A stretch of DNA of 64,000 nucleotides from Clostridiaceae bacterium (lineage in GTDB: Bacteria > Bacillota > Clostridia > CAYPLH01 > DUMO01): positions 1 through 64,000 of the forward strand of contig DUMO01000063.1 of NCBI GenBank assembly GCA_012839865.1, written 5' to 3'. Below the pieces are notes generated by a model that made no database searches, had not been told where the DNA came from, and was given only the letters and a program-made list of their open reading frames with translations. Each line of letters starts with the position of its first letter. Positions within the stretch are counted from its first letter, which is position 1. The translations under genes and the position numbers were made by a program. Below, piece by piece: positions 29,176 through 38,493 of this stretch.

Positions 29176-29841
29176 CTACACCCCTACACATTTGATAATT
29201 TCTGCCGATATATCGCCCAGTGGCAGTACAATGTCCACTACGCCCGCCTCAACGGCAGATTTTGGCATACCATAAATCACTGAAGTACTTTCGTTTTGAG
29301 CAATAGTATAAACCTTGCCACTCTTTTTCAATTCCAAAAGTCCGTCAGTGCCGTCTCTTCCCATCCCTGTCAAAATAACTGCAATTTTTTCAATAGCTTT
29401 AATCTCAGCCAAAGAACAAAACATCTTGTTTACAGAAGGTCTGTGCCCTTCCACCGGCTCCTCTTTTGAAAGCCTTATGCGCAAGCTGCTGTCTTTTTTT
29501 TCAATAACATTTAAATGATAATTACCCGGGGCAATATAAACATATCCGGGTCTTAATATATCATTTTCCTCTGCTTCCTTGACTGTTACCATGCTAAGTT
29601 TGTTGAGCCTCTCAGCAAGTATTTTTGTAAACCCCTGAGGCATATGCTGCACTACTAAAACAGGGGCTTTTATGCTTTCAGGCAGCACCGGAATTATTTC
29701 CTGGAGTGCTTTAGGTCCGCCTGTAGAAGCACCAATAGCAACAATCCTGCTTATTTGGACTTTAGCAGTATTAATTTTGTTTTCAAACATATCTGTATTC
29801 CCGCCGTATTTTTCATCATATTTATTCCTAAAAGAGTCCAT
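29176..29841 (-). CDS. cheB: CheB methylesterase, catalytic domain only
   Basis: AIGASTGGP, VVQHMP, HRPSVN, ILTGMGRDG, YGMPKSA; no N-terminal receiver domain in the 221 aa. Confidence 0.9.
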   Translation of the reverse strand: MDSFRNKYDEKYGGNTDMFENKINTAKVQISRIVAIGASTGGPKALQEIIPVLPESIKAPVLVVQHMPQGFTKILAERLNKLSMVTVKEAEENDILRPGYVYIAPGNYHLNVIEKKDSSLRIRLSKEEPVEGHRPSVNKMFCSLAEIKAIEKIAVILTGMGRDGTDGLLELKKSGKVYTIAQNESTSVIYGMPKSAVEAGVVDIVLPLGDISAEIIKCVGV

Positions 29842-30059
29842 CGCTACTTCCTTACGGTTAAGATAATTATTTTCTGGTTACTATCCTGAAATATCTTAAA
29901 AAATCAAAATAATAATCTGCTACTGCTAAATCATAAGTCTTATGATATATTCTGCGAACATTGTCCAAAATCCTCCAAAGGACAGCAATAAATACATAAA
30001 ATTATTATGATTGATGTATTATTTTGTCAAAATACAGTTTTTCTTCGTCAGCTTATTAC

Positions 30060-30971
30060 CTAATTTCCGACAAAACCTGCAAGTCTGCTGAAAAATCCCT
30101 TAACACCGCTGTAATTGCCGGCTTGCGCATTTTTCCCAACATTCAGCAGTTTCTTTGAGATTTCCTGAATATTCCTCGTTGCCTGACTTTTGGGGAAACT
30201 CATGTAAAAAGGCTGCTGTATTCGTACTGCTTTTGATACATTTTCGTCATTTAGTATATACCCAAGGGGTTCAAGCTTTACATTTAAAAACTTCAATGCC
30301 ACAGCGGAAAGTTTATTTAAAATGTCTGCCGCTTCACGCTGTGATTCCGCCCGGTTAACAATTAATTTAATCACAGGCAGTCTGCTTTGGTGGGAAAGTA
30401 TTTTTATAACCGCATATGCGTCTGTTATGGAAGTCGGTTCCGGAGTCGCCACAAGCAAAATTTCATCAGAGGCAGCCAAAAAGCCCATAACATTATCCGA
30501 CAGTCCTGCTCCCGTATCTATTATGATTATGTCTGCAAGTCTGTCCAAAAGCTTGATATGGTCTATAAAACTTATAAGCTTGTCCTTTGGAAGCCGGACA
30601 AGCTCCCTGGCGCCTGAACCGCCTGAAATAAATTTTGTGTTTTTCGGTCCGTTTGATAATACCTGAAGGATGTTTTTCCTTTTATACATTACATCAACAA
30701 GTGTGTTCTCAGGGGTTAAACCAAATAATATGTCAACGTTGGACAAGCCGAAATCGGCATCAAGTATTATTACTCTTTGCCCCAAATCACTCAAAGCAAT
30801 TGCCAGATTGACTGCAACATTTGATTTTCCCACCCCGCCTTTACCACTGGTAACCGCTATTACTCTTGCCTTATGGGCAGGATTACTGTTAAATTGTTCT
30901 GTTTGGCTTATTTCTTTTTTCAACTTCAAATTCTCAATAATTTGTCTCAGTCTTTCAGCCTGATCTGTCAT
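30060..30971 (-). CDS. flhG: Flagellar number regulator FlhG (MinD/ParA family)
   Basis: VTSGKGGVGKS, DADFGLSN, IDTGAG, TPEPTSITDAY. Confidence 0.92.
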   Translation of the reverse strand: MTDQAERLRQIIENLKLKKEISQTEQFNSNPAHKARVIAVTSGKGGVGKSNVAVNLAIALSDLGQRVIILDADFGLSNVDILFGLTPENTLVDVMYKRKNILQVLSNGPKNTKFISGGSGARELVRLPKDKLISFIDHIKLLDRLADIIIIDTGAGLSDNVMGFLAASDEILLVATPEPTSITDAYAVIKILSHQSRLPVIKLIVNRAESQREAADILNKLSAVALKFLNVKLEPLGYILNDENVSKAVRIQQPFYMSFPKSQATRNIQEISKKLLNVGKNAQAGNYSGVKGFFSRLAGFVGN

Positions 30972-32140
30972 TATAGCATTCTCCCTAATAAACTTCTTAT
31001 AACCTTATCTGTATCTACTCTCTCTATATCATCCGGAACATTCTGGCCGGTAGTAAAGTAAGAAAGTTTCTTTCCTGTACGTTTTACAGTATTCAGTACA
31101 ATACCGTAAAGCGGCGACTCATCCATTTTTGTAAATATAAGCTTATAGCTTTTCAAAAAACTGTAATTTGATAATATCTCCCGGCATACCTTTTCATTTG
31201 TAGCAGCACTTAAAAGCAAATATACTTCGTCCGCCTCCGCAAAGTTCACCAAAGTCTTCAATTCTTCAAACTGGGCTTTGTTCCTGTGGCTTCTGCCGGC
31301 AGTATCAATAAGTATCAGGTCTTTATCACGGTTTGCATTAATGGCATTCTTAATATCTGATGGAGTATAAACCACAGTCAGTGGGATCCCAAGGATTTCA
31401 GCATATGTTTTAAGCTGCTCTATTGCTGCGATCCTGTATGTATCGGCAGTTATAAGGGCAACATTCTTACTGCGGTTAAGGGCAAATTCGGCGGCAATTT
31501 TTGCTACTGTTGTAGTTTTGCCAACTCCGGTAGGTCCGACAAAAATTACAACTCTCCCTTTGCCGGTGTTATCTGCATTAATTCCCTCCGGTTCTCCCAG
31601 GATGCTTTTAATTTCGTTATATATCATATTTACAGCTTCGTTAATCCCGGCATTGGCATTTATTTTGCTTTTTACTTTAATTATTATTTCATTGGCAATG
31701 TCTGAATCTACGTCGTTTTTTACAAGGTTGTTCAAAAACAGTTGAAAAATTTTAGATTCCTCAGGGTTCTCCATCGAACCTGTATTTAAGGTTGATGCTG
31801 ACTGTTCCGGGTTTTGCATTTTTTCCATCATTTTTTTCAAAATTGACTCGATACCTTCAACCTTTTTTTCAAGTTCTGCAATATTGTTGCTATTTTTTGG
31901 CGCAGCGGTACTTTCCTTTATCTCGGTCTTTTCTTTTTGTTCGGTTTTTTCATGACCTCTTTTGTCGTAATCTTCATCTATTGCAGCCAATACTTCAATC
32001 AGCGGTTTTTTAAAAAAGTTTAAAATACCTTTTCGCTTTATTTTTCTGGTATTAAGTATGACAGCATCGTTTCCCAAATCCATTTTAAGCTTTAGGAGTG
32101 CCTCCTGAACGTCTTTTCCCATATAACGCTTGATTTTCAT
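30971..32140 (-). CDS. flhF: Flagellar biosynthesis SRP-family GTPase
   Basis: GPTGVGKTTT, DTYRIAA, DTAGRS, TKMDE, GQNVPDDI. Confidence 0.96.
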   Translation of the reverse strand: MKIKRYMGKDVQEALLKLKMDLGNDAVILNTRKIKRKGILNFFKKPLIEVLAAIDEDYDKRGHEKTEQKEKTEIKESTAAPKNSNNIAELEKKVEGIESILKKMMEKMQNPEQSASTLNTGSMENPEESKIFQLFLNNLVKNDVDSDIANEIIIKVKSKINANAGINEAVNMIYNEIKSILGEPEGINADNTGKGRVVIFVGPTGVGKTTTVAKIAAEFALNRSKNVALITADTYRIAAIEQLKTYAEILGIPLTVVYTPSDIKNAINANRDKDLILIDTAGRSHRNKAQFEELKTLVNFAEADEVYLLLSAATNEKVCREILSNYSFLKSYKLIFTKMDESPLYGIVLNTVKRTGKKLSYFTTGQNVPDDIERVDTDKVIRSLLGRML

Positions 32141-32185
32141 CTTAACCCCCACACAACAACTGAATATATTATTTTATTCGCGAGC

Positions 32186-34210
32186 TTATATGCTGACTGT
32201 ACCGACCGACTGTATTTGAACGTTTGGATCCAATTCGTTGTAAGATAATACAATCAGGTCCGGAACAGCATGCTCTGTCATTCTTTTGAAATACAACCTT
32301 ACAACCGGAGATGAAAGCACTACCGGTGGTAATCCCAGATTAGTAAGCTTTTCCAATTGTTTGGACAACATTTTAGTTATTTTATTAATAGTCCCCGGCT
32401 CAATGGAGAAATAAGTGCCATGCTCGGTTTTTTGCACCGATTCCATTATTTTTTGCTCCAGATTGGGATCAAGGGTAACAACCTTGGGGCTTGCCTGATT
32501 CAGGAACTGCTTGAATATGGCTCTGCCAAGGGCTTGTCTGACATATTCGGTCAACATGTCAGTGTCTCTTGTCACCGTAATATAATCTGCAAGGGTTTCC
32601 AATATGGTAGGCAAATCCCTGATGGATACGCCTTCTTTCAGAAGATTGACCAGAACTTTCTGTATCTCTCCTATGGTCATTTGCTTTGGTACCAGTTCCT
32701 CGACCACAGCAGAATAGTTCTGGCGGACGTTCTCTATCAGTGTCTGGACTTCCTGTCTGCCGGTGAGCTCATGGGCATGTTTCTTTATTATTGCAGTTAG
32801 ATGGGTTGAAATAATGGATGGCGGATCAACGACAGTATAACCGAGCATTTCCGCCTTATCCCTCTGGGATTCATCAATCCATATTGCAGGCAGGCCAAAG
32901 GCCGGTTCGGTGGTTTTGATTCCCTCCAGTTCCCCTTCGGCGGTACCCGGATTCATTGCAAGGAAATGGTCGAACATTAGCTCCCCCCTGGCCACTTCCA
33001 CACCTTTTATTTTGAAAACATACTCGCTGGGAGACAGTTGTATATTGTCCCTCAGCCTTATTATCGGCACTATCATGCCAAGTTCCAGCGCAAGCTGGCG
33101 TCTTATCATTACAACCCTGTCCAATAGGTCACCGCCCTGATTTACATCCGCCATTGGAAGCAACGAATAACCCAGCTCGATTTCTATAGGGTCAATTTGA
33201 AGCAGGGAAACTACATTTTCAGGTTTTCTGATTTCTTCAGCCTCAGCCTTTTCCACCCGGACTTCATCAGTCTTTTGGGCATTTTTCGTAATCTGAAGCA
33301 TTTTGTAACCTATAACCCCTAAAGCTATGGAAAGAATCAAAAAGGGCAAAAACGTGAGAAATGTTCCAAGGATAATGCTCAAACCTGATGTTACAAACAA
33401 AACCCTGGGACTGAAAAACAACTGCTTGATTAAATCCTGTGTGAGGTTGGAGTCGGAGGCGGCTCTGGTTACTATAAAGCTTGTTGAAGCCGAGAGCATC
33501 AGTGCCGGTATCTGGCTTACAAGCCCATCACCGATGGTCAATAATGCGTACTTTTGCAAAGCATAATTGATATCCTCATTTCTGAACACCATACCGATGA
33601 TTATTCCGCCGATGATATTCAGGAATGTTATTATGATGCCTGCAATTGCATCATTTTTAACGAATTTGCTGGCACCGTCCATAGCCCCGTAAAAATCCGA
33701 TTCCCGCTGTACATTGCGGCGTCTTTCCTTTGCTTCCATGTCATTAATAAGTCCGGCATTAAGATCCGCATCAATAGCCATTTGCTTTCCGGGCATGGCA
33801 TCCAGGGTGAATCTTGCAGCAACTTCCGCTATTCTTTCAGCCCCCTTTGTAATAACCATGAAGTTTACAATTGTTATTACAAAAAAGACAATAAATCCAA
33901 CCACCAGATTATTCCGTCCCACAAACTTTCCGAAACCTTCGATCACCTTGCCTGCATTACCGTCTGCAAGTATAAGTTTTGTGGATGTTACATTCAATGA
34001 CAGCCTGAATAAAGTCGTAATCACCAGTATCGAAGGAAATATGGAAAGCTGAAGCGGGTTTTCAAGATATATGGTGTTTATTAGAATTACGGCTGTAATA
34101 ATAATGTTCAAAGCAAGCAAAAAGTCAAGCAAAAAGCTGGGTATTGGCAATATTATAGTAAGAATGATAGCCAATATTACTACCGGTACTGCATACTCAT
34201 TATACTTCAC
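32186..34210 (-). CDS. flhA: Flagellar export apparatus protein
   Basis: FPSILVITTLFRLSLN, KGAERIAEVAARFTLDAMPGKQMAIDADL, FYGAMDGASKFV. Confidence 0.98.
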   Translation of the reverse strand: MKYNEYAVPVVILAIILTIILPIPSFLLDFLLALNIIITAVILINTIYLENPLQLSIFPSILVITTLFRLSLNVTSTKLILADGNAGKVIEGFGKFVGRNNLVVGFIVFFVITIVNFMVITKGAERIAEVAARFTLDAMPGKQMAIDADLNAGLINDMEAKERRRNVQRESDFYGAMDGASKFVKNDAIAGIIITFLNIIGGIIIGMVFRNEDINYALQKYALLTIGDGLVSQIPALMLSASTSFIVTRAASDSNLTQDLIKQLFFSPRVLFVTSGLSIILGTFLTFLPFLILSIALGVIGYKMLQITKNAQKTDEVRVEKAEAEEIRKPENVVSLLQIDPIEIELGYSLLPMADVNQGGDLLDRVVMIRRQLALELGMIVPIIRLRDNIQLSPSEYVFKIKGVEVARGELMFDHFLAMNPGTAEGELEGIKTTEPAFGLPAIWIDESQRDKAEMLGYTVVDPPSIISTHLTAIIKKHAHELTGRQEVQTLIENVRQNYSAVVEELVPKQMTIGEIQKVLVNLLKEGVSIRDLPTILETLADYITVTRDTDMLTEYVRQALGRAIFKQFLNQASPKVVTLDPNLEQKIMESVQKTEHGTYFSIEPGTINKITKMLSKQLEKLTNLGLPPVVLSSPVVRLYFKRMTEHAVPDLIVLSYNELDPNVQIQSVGTVSI

Positions 34211-35330
34211 TCAAGCTTCCTCCCTTCTTCATGCTGTAAACATATGCAAGCACTTCTGCTACTGCCTGATAGAGTTCTCTGGGAATTGCCTCACCAACTT
34301 CAACCGCACTGTAAAGTGCTCTGGCCAGCGGCTTGTTTTCCACCAGCTGTATGTCGTTCTCTCTTGCAACTTCCTTGATTCTTTGGGCTATAAAACCTTG
34401 CCCCTTTGCAATCACTACCGGTGCTTCATCAACTTTTTCATCATATTTTATCGCAACCGCATAGTGGTCAGGGTTGGTAATTACAACATCTGCTTTGGGC
34501 ACATCATGAATCATTCTTCTCATTGAAATTTGTCTTTGCTTTTGCTTTATCCTTGACTTGATTTCAGGATTCCCTTCAAGTTGCTTATACTCCTCCTTGA
34601 CCTCCTGCTTTGACATTTTCAGGCTTTTTTCAAACTCCCACCATTGATACAGGTAATCAACCAAAGACAGCAAAAGAAGCGCAATACACATTCTCACCGC
34701 TATATTTACAACGGTGGAACCAATATAAACTGCAATGGCAGTAATGTCCATGTCCATCAACTGCAAAATATTATGCTGCTCTTCAATCAAGTATGTATAT
34801 CCCAGATTCGAAACTATCACTACTTTTATTGCGGACTTTGTCAGCTGTATTGTCGATTGCATGGAGAAAATTCTCTTAAAACCTTTCAGGGGATTGATTT
34901 TATCCAATTTTAGCTTCAAAGTCTCGGTTGTAAAAAGAAAACCGACCTGGGCATAACTTGAGACAAGCACCGCCACCAACGCTATTGCCAAAACAGGCGC
35001 GACTGTTTTTAACAATACAAGGCCTGCATCAATCATTAAGTTGTACAATCCACTATAACTATAGAGTTCGTCCATTGGTATGTACTCGGTATAAATTCTT
35101 TCCATAAACAGGGAAATCTCACCGAATATATATCCGCTGAAAGCTTTAAGACCTAAAAACACAGCAAGCAGTCCTATTGAAGCAGTAATTTCCCTGCTTT
35201 GAAGAACCTGACCTTTCTTTCTTGCATCCTGTCTTTTCTTAGGCGTGGCTTTTTCAGTCCTGCCTTCATCATCTGCGGCAAACAATTGAAGGTTAATTTC
35301 CAACAACTTACCGGGTGTCCACCTGTCCAA
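34200..35330 (-). CDS. flhB: Flagellar export switch protein
   Basis: RTEKATPKKRQDARKKGQ, EGNPEIK, VITNPDHYAVA (NPDH variant of the NPTH autocleavage site); true start may be a few codons further in. Confidence 0.96.
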   Translation of the reverse strand: MDRWTPGKLLEINLQLFAADDEGRTEKATPKKRQDARKKGQVLQSREITASIGLLAVFLGLKAFSGYIFGEISLFMERIYTEYIPMDELYSYSGLYNLMIDAGLVLLKTVAPVLAIALVAVLVSSYAQVGFLFTTETLKLKLDKINPLKGFKRIFSMQSTIQLTKSAIKVVIVSNLGYTYLIEEQHNILQLMDMDITAIAVYIGSTVVNIAVRMCIALLLLSLVDYLYQWWEFEKSLKMSKQEVKEEYKQLEGNPEIKSRIKQKQRQISMRRMIHDVPKADVVITNPDHYAVAIKYDEKVDEAPVVIAKGQGFIAQRIKEVARENDIQLVENKPLARALYSAVEVGEAIPRELYQAVAEVLAYVYSMKKGGSLSEV

Positions 35331-35331
35331 C

Positions 35332-35570
35332 CCTCAGCTTCCCACCTTTCCATCTTTCCATCTTTCAGCTTCCGTGCTTTCCCCTTTCGCCTTCCGGCCT
35401 TTCCCCCTTTTAGCTCTCCGGTTTCCAATCCTTCACAATCAGAGCTTCACAAAATTTTCACATATCAACTTACATTCTTCGGCTTCCAAACTATTATTTT
35501 AAGCTGACACGCATTTCGCCTTTTCTTTCTCTTCTGCAGCTTTCACCTTTCAACCTTTCGCCTTTCCGGT
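35332..35570 (-). repeat. Purine-rich degenerate 7-8 nt repeat tract between fliR and flhB
   Basis: Plus strand shows repeated ctttcca/ctttcag/ctttccc/ctttcgc/cttccgg units in two clusters (about 35338-35431 and 35513-35568). Confidence 0.75.
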
Positions 35571-35577
35571 TTTTTGG

Positions 35578-36357
35578 CTACCTGATATGTTCCAGAAAAA
35601 TATTTGTCTCAGTTTTTACACCGCTTATCAGGGAGTTGGCCAAAGTCCTGAAAACAATCATGGTAGCAAAAATTACAACCAGTCCAAGCAATATTTTAAG
35701 AGGCATACCTACTGCAAAAATGTTAACCTGGGGAACTGTCCGCATAACAACCCCCATGGCGATATCTGCAATCAAAATTGCGGCTGTAACCGGTGCACTT
35801 ATTTTAAAGCTAATTATAAATATATTGCCAAGCATTCTTACCATATCCTGGATCAGCACCTGGCTATCAAAAGTTGCCGAACCGGGCGGGACAATAATGA
35901 AGCTGTCAAACAGTGCTTTTATTATCATGTGGTGCCCGTTTATGGCAAGGGTTATCAATATGCAGATAATAAAATAAAAATTAGATGTAATAGGAACCTG
36001 AATATTGCTCATGGGATCCAAAACATTCACCATGCTGAAGCCTATTTGCATGTCAATTTGCTGACCGGCCAGGTAGACGGCAGACAAAACCAGGTACGAA
36101 ATATATCCGATGACCAGTCCCACCATGAATTCCTTCAAAACCAGGATTGCATATGCAAACAGGTTTTCCTCAATTTGAACAACTGGCGTATTTAAGGTGG
36201 AAGTCATAATTATCGCAAGAAAAAATGCAAATCCGATTTTAAAGGGCGCCGGCAAATTTCTTCTGCCAAAAACAGGGGAAACAACAAACAGTCCTGTCAT
36301 CCTGACAAGAACAAGTATGAATGTTTCAGTTCCGGCTAAAATCAGGTCTCCAAGCAA
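35578..36357 (-). CDS. fliR: Flagellar export protein
   Basis: LVRMTGLFVVSPVF, GQQIDMQIGFS, RTVPQVNIFAVGMPLK; TTG start after GGAGG. Confidence 0.95.
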   Translation of the reverse strand: MLGDLILAGTETFILVLVRMTGLFVVSPVFGRRNLPAPFKIGFAFFLAIIMTSTLNTPVVQIEENLFAYAILVLKEFMVGLVIGYISYLVLSAVYLAGQQIDMQIGFSMVNVLDPMSNIQVPITSNFYFIICILITLAINGHHMIIKALFDSFIIVPPGSATFDSQVLIQDMVRMLGNIFIISFKISAPVTAAILIADIAMGVVMRTVPQVNIFAVGMPLKILLGLVVIFATMIVFRTLANSLISGVKTETNIFLEHIR

Positions 36358-36404
36358 TACATTTACCTCCTGTTTTTGACACAAAATTTATGCATTATAT
36401 AATA

Positions 36405-36674
36405 TTACCTGATATACAAATTGATATTTCCATATATGTCCAGTGTAAATTCGGAAAGCGTACGAAGCATCCATAATCCGAATAATAAAATCGCTGCAAA
36501 AACAGCCAGTATTTTAGGAATAAAGGTTAGCGTGCTTTCCTGTATTTGTGTCGTTGCCTGGAATATGCTAACGGCAAGACCCACAATAAGGCTTAGCAAA
36601 AGCATTGGCGCAGACACGGAAATTATAGTAAGCAAAGATTTTTGAGCTATGTCAACAATGGTTCCCTGATCCAA
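36405..36674 (-). CDS. fliQ: Flagellar export protein
   Basis: VGLAVSIFQATTQIQESTLTFIPK. Confidence 0.96.
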   Translation of the reverse strand: MDQGTIVDIAQKSLLTIISVSAPMLLLSLIVGLAVSIFQATTQIQESTLTFIPKILAVFAAILLFGLWMLRTLSEFTLDIYGNINLYIR

Positions 36675-36735
36675 TTTTTACCTCCCGATAGGTTTATCTG
36701 TAAAAACCTAAAATCATTATATTCAAACCTGCATA

Positions 36736-37512
36736 TTATGTAAAACTGCCGACAAGAGCCTGAACAACAAGATTCCAGCCATCCACCACAATAAAAAGAA
36801 GTATCTTGAAAGGCAGCGAAATCAATATTGGCGGCAGCATCATCATTCCCATGGACATCAATGTGCTGGCAATAATCATGTCAACAACCAAAAAGGGAAT
36901 ATAAATCAAAAACCCTATTTTAAATGCAATTGTCAACTCACTTATCAGAAAAGCCGGCACGATCGTACTGAGGGGCAGTTTAACCAGGTTTTCCATGCCG
37001 GCAGGAGTTTCAACTCCGGATAAATTAATGAAAAAGGCCAGGTCTTTATCACGCTTTTTATCCATAATTTGTCCAAGCATGAACTCCTTGATTGAATCCG
37101 AAGCATTCCCGAGAGCTTCCTCGTATGCTATCTCACCGTTTATGTAAGGTTGGTATGCGTTTTCATTAATATCCTGAAATACAGGAGTCATTACAAATAA
37201 TGATAAAAACAATGCCAGCCCGATTAAGACCTGATTAGGCGGCATTTGCTGTGTACCCAGTGCATTTCTTAAAAAAGAAAGCACTATGATTATTCTTGAA
37301 AATGACGTCATCATTATAAGTATTGACGGTGCAAGTGAAAGTACTGTCAACAATAGTAAAATCTGAATACTTGCTGCTACCTCATCAGGATTTTGGGCAT
37401 TCTGCATTTCTATGTTAATGCTTGGGAAAGGAACATTCTGTGCAGAGCAGCCGCATAGAAGCAAAATTACTATAAGTATTAACAGCAGTTTAATCAGATT
37501 TTTCAATTTCAT
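36736..37512 (-). CDS. fliP: Flagellar export protein
   Basis: LAPSILIMMTSFSRIIIV, GTQQMPPNQVL, PAFLISEL, GMMMLPP, LPFKILLF. Confidence 0.97.
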   Translation of the reverse strand: MKLKNLIKLLLILIVILLLCGCSAQNVPFPSINIEMQNAQNPDEVAASIQILLLLTVLSLAPSILIMMTSFSRIIIVLSFLRNALGTQQMPPNQVLIGLALFLSLFVMTPVFQDINENAYQPYINGEIAYEEALGNASDSIKEFMLGQIMDKKRDKDLAFFINLSGVETPAGMENLVKLPLSTIVPAFLISELTIAFKIGFLIYIPFLVVDMIIASTLMSMGMMMLPPILISLPFKILLFIVVDGWNLVVQALVGSFT

Positions 37513-37996
37513 TTTTTATATTTTCATCCCCGCTCAGTTCATTTTTATTTGTTAAGGATTGCAACTTGCGTAGATTATCCTTGAATATATTCTTTTTTTG
37601 AGTGCTTTCATCCGGCTTTTTAGCTTGACTTATATTCTCTTTGGATAAATTTATATATCTGTTCAAAATTGCATTAAAGCTAAAGGTGTTCTCCTTCTTT
37701 ACCTCTTCTTCTCCCTCTGCTGCTGCTAATTCATTGAGTTTTAAACCGGTCAGAAAATTCACATCTTTAGCAGTACTGGAAATCAGAAAGAACTCTTCTC
37801 CCACCTTGACAAGATGGATGCGTTTATCTCCTCCGAGGCTTATTGTTTCAACAATATTTATATATTTGCCCTGAAATAACCTGCCAGCTTTTTTTCCTAT
37901 ATATTTGGTGTACATATATGCTAAAAAAATTATTACACCTAATACAAGGATATATAAAAAAGCGGCAAGTATGTCACCCCAATCCAAAGGTGTCAT
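37490..37996 (-). CDS. fliO: Flagellar biosynthesis protein FliO/FliZ
   Basis: N-terminal TM helix; INIVETISLGGDKRIHLVKVGEEFFLI. Confidence 0.88.
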   Translation of the reverse strand: MTPLDWGDILAAFLYILVLGVIIFLAYMYTKYIGKKAGRLFQGKYINIVETISLGGDKRIHLVKVGEEFFLISSTAKDVNFLTGLKLNELAAAEGEEEVKKENTFSFNAILNRYINLSKENISQAKKPDESTQKKNIFKDNLRKLQSLTNKNELSGDENIKNEIEKSD

Positions 37997-38068
37997 CTCC
38001 CCCTATATCAATCATATTGATTCATACAAATACAAAAGAAAACACAATGCAATTTAAAGCCGGAAACA

Positions 38069-38431
38069 TTACCTTATAACCTTTTTTACCGCTTCAATCA
38101 CCCTTTCGGAATTAAAAGGTTTGACAATAAAGTCTATAGCTCCAGCCTGGATTGACTCTATAACCATTGCCTGCTGTCCCATTGCAGAGCACATGATAAT
38201 CTTTGCATTTCTGTCAATTTTCTTGATTTCTTTTACGGCATCAATTCCGCTCAGTTCAGGCATTGTAATATCCATAATTACTAAATCAGGTGATACTTCC
38301 TTGTATTTTTCTATGGCACGAAGACCGTTTTCCGCCTCAGCCACCACCTCAAAACCATTCTTCAGTAAAATATCCCTGATCATCATTCTCATAAAAGCTG
38401 CATCATCAACTATTAGTATTCCATTAGCCAT
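38069..38431 (-). CDS. cheY: Chemotaxis response regulator
   Basis: LIVDDAAFMRMM, MDITMP, CSAMGQ, FIVKPF. Confidence 0.96.
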   Translation of the reverse strand: MANGILIVDDAAFMRMMIRDILLKNGFEVVAEAENGLRAIEKYKEVSPDLVIMDITMPELSGIDAVKEIKKIDRNAKIIMCSAMGQQAMVIESIQAGAIDFIVKPFNSERVIEAVKKVIR

Positions 38432-38493
38432 TTTCTTCTCTCCTTACTTTTAATTCACCCTTAATGAAAATTTATAAACGCAATTATTAATAT

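Noticed and set aside
35174..35428. 84-aa Lys/Gly/Arg-rich ORF across the fliR-flhB gap
   Set aside because: It overlaps flhB out of frame and its composition simply reflects the purine repeat; treated as a repeat, not a gene.
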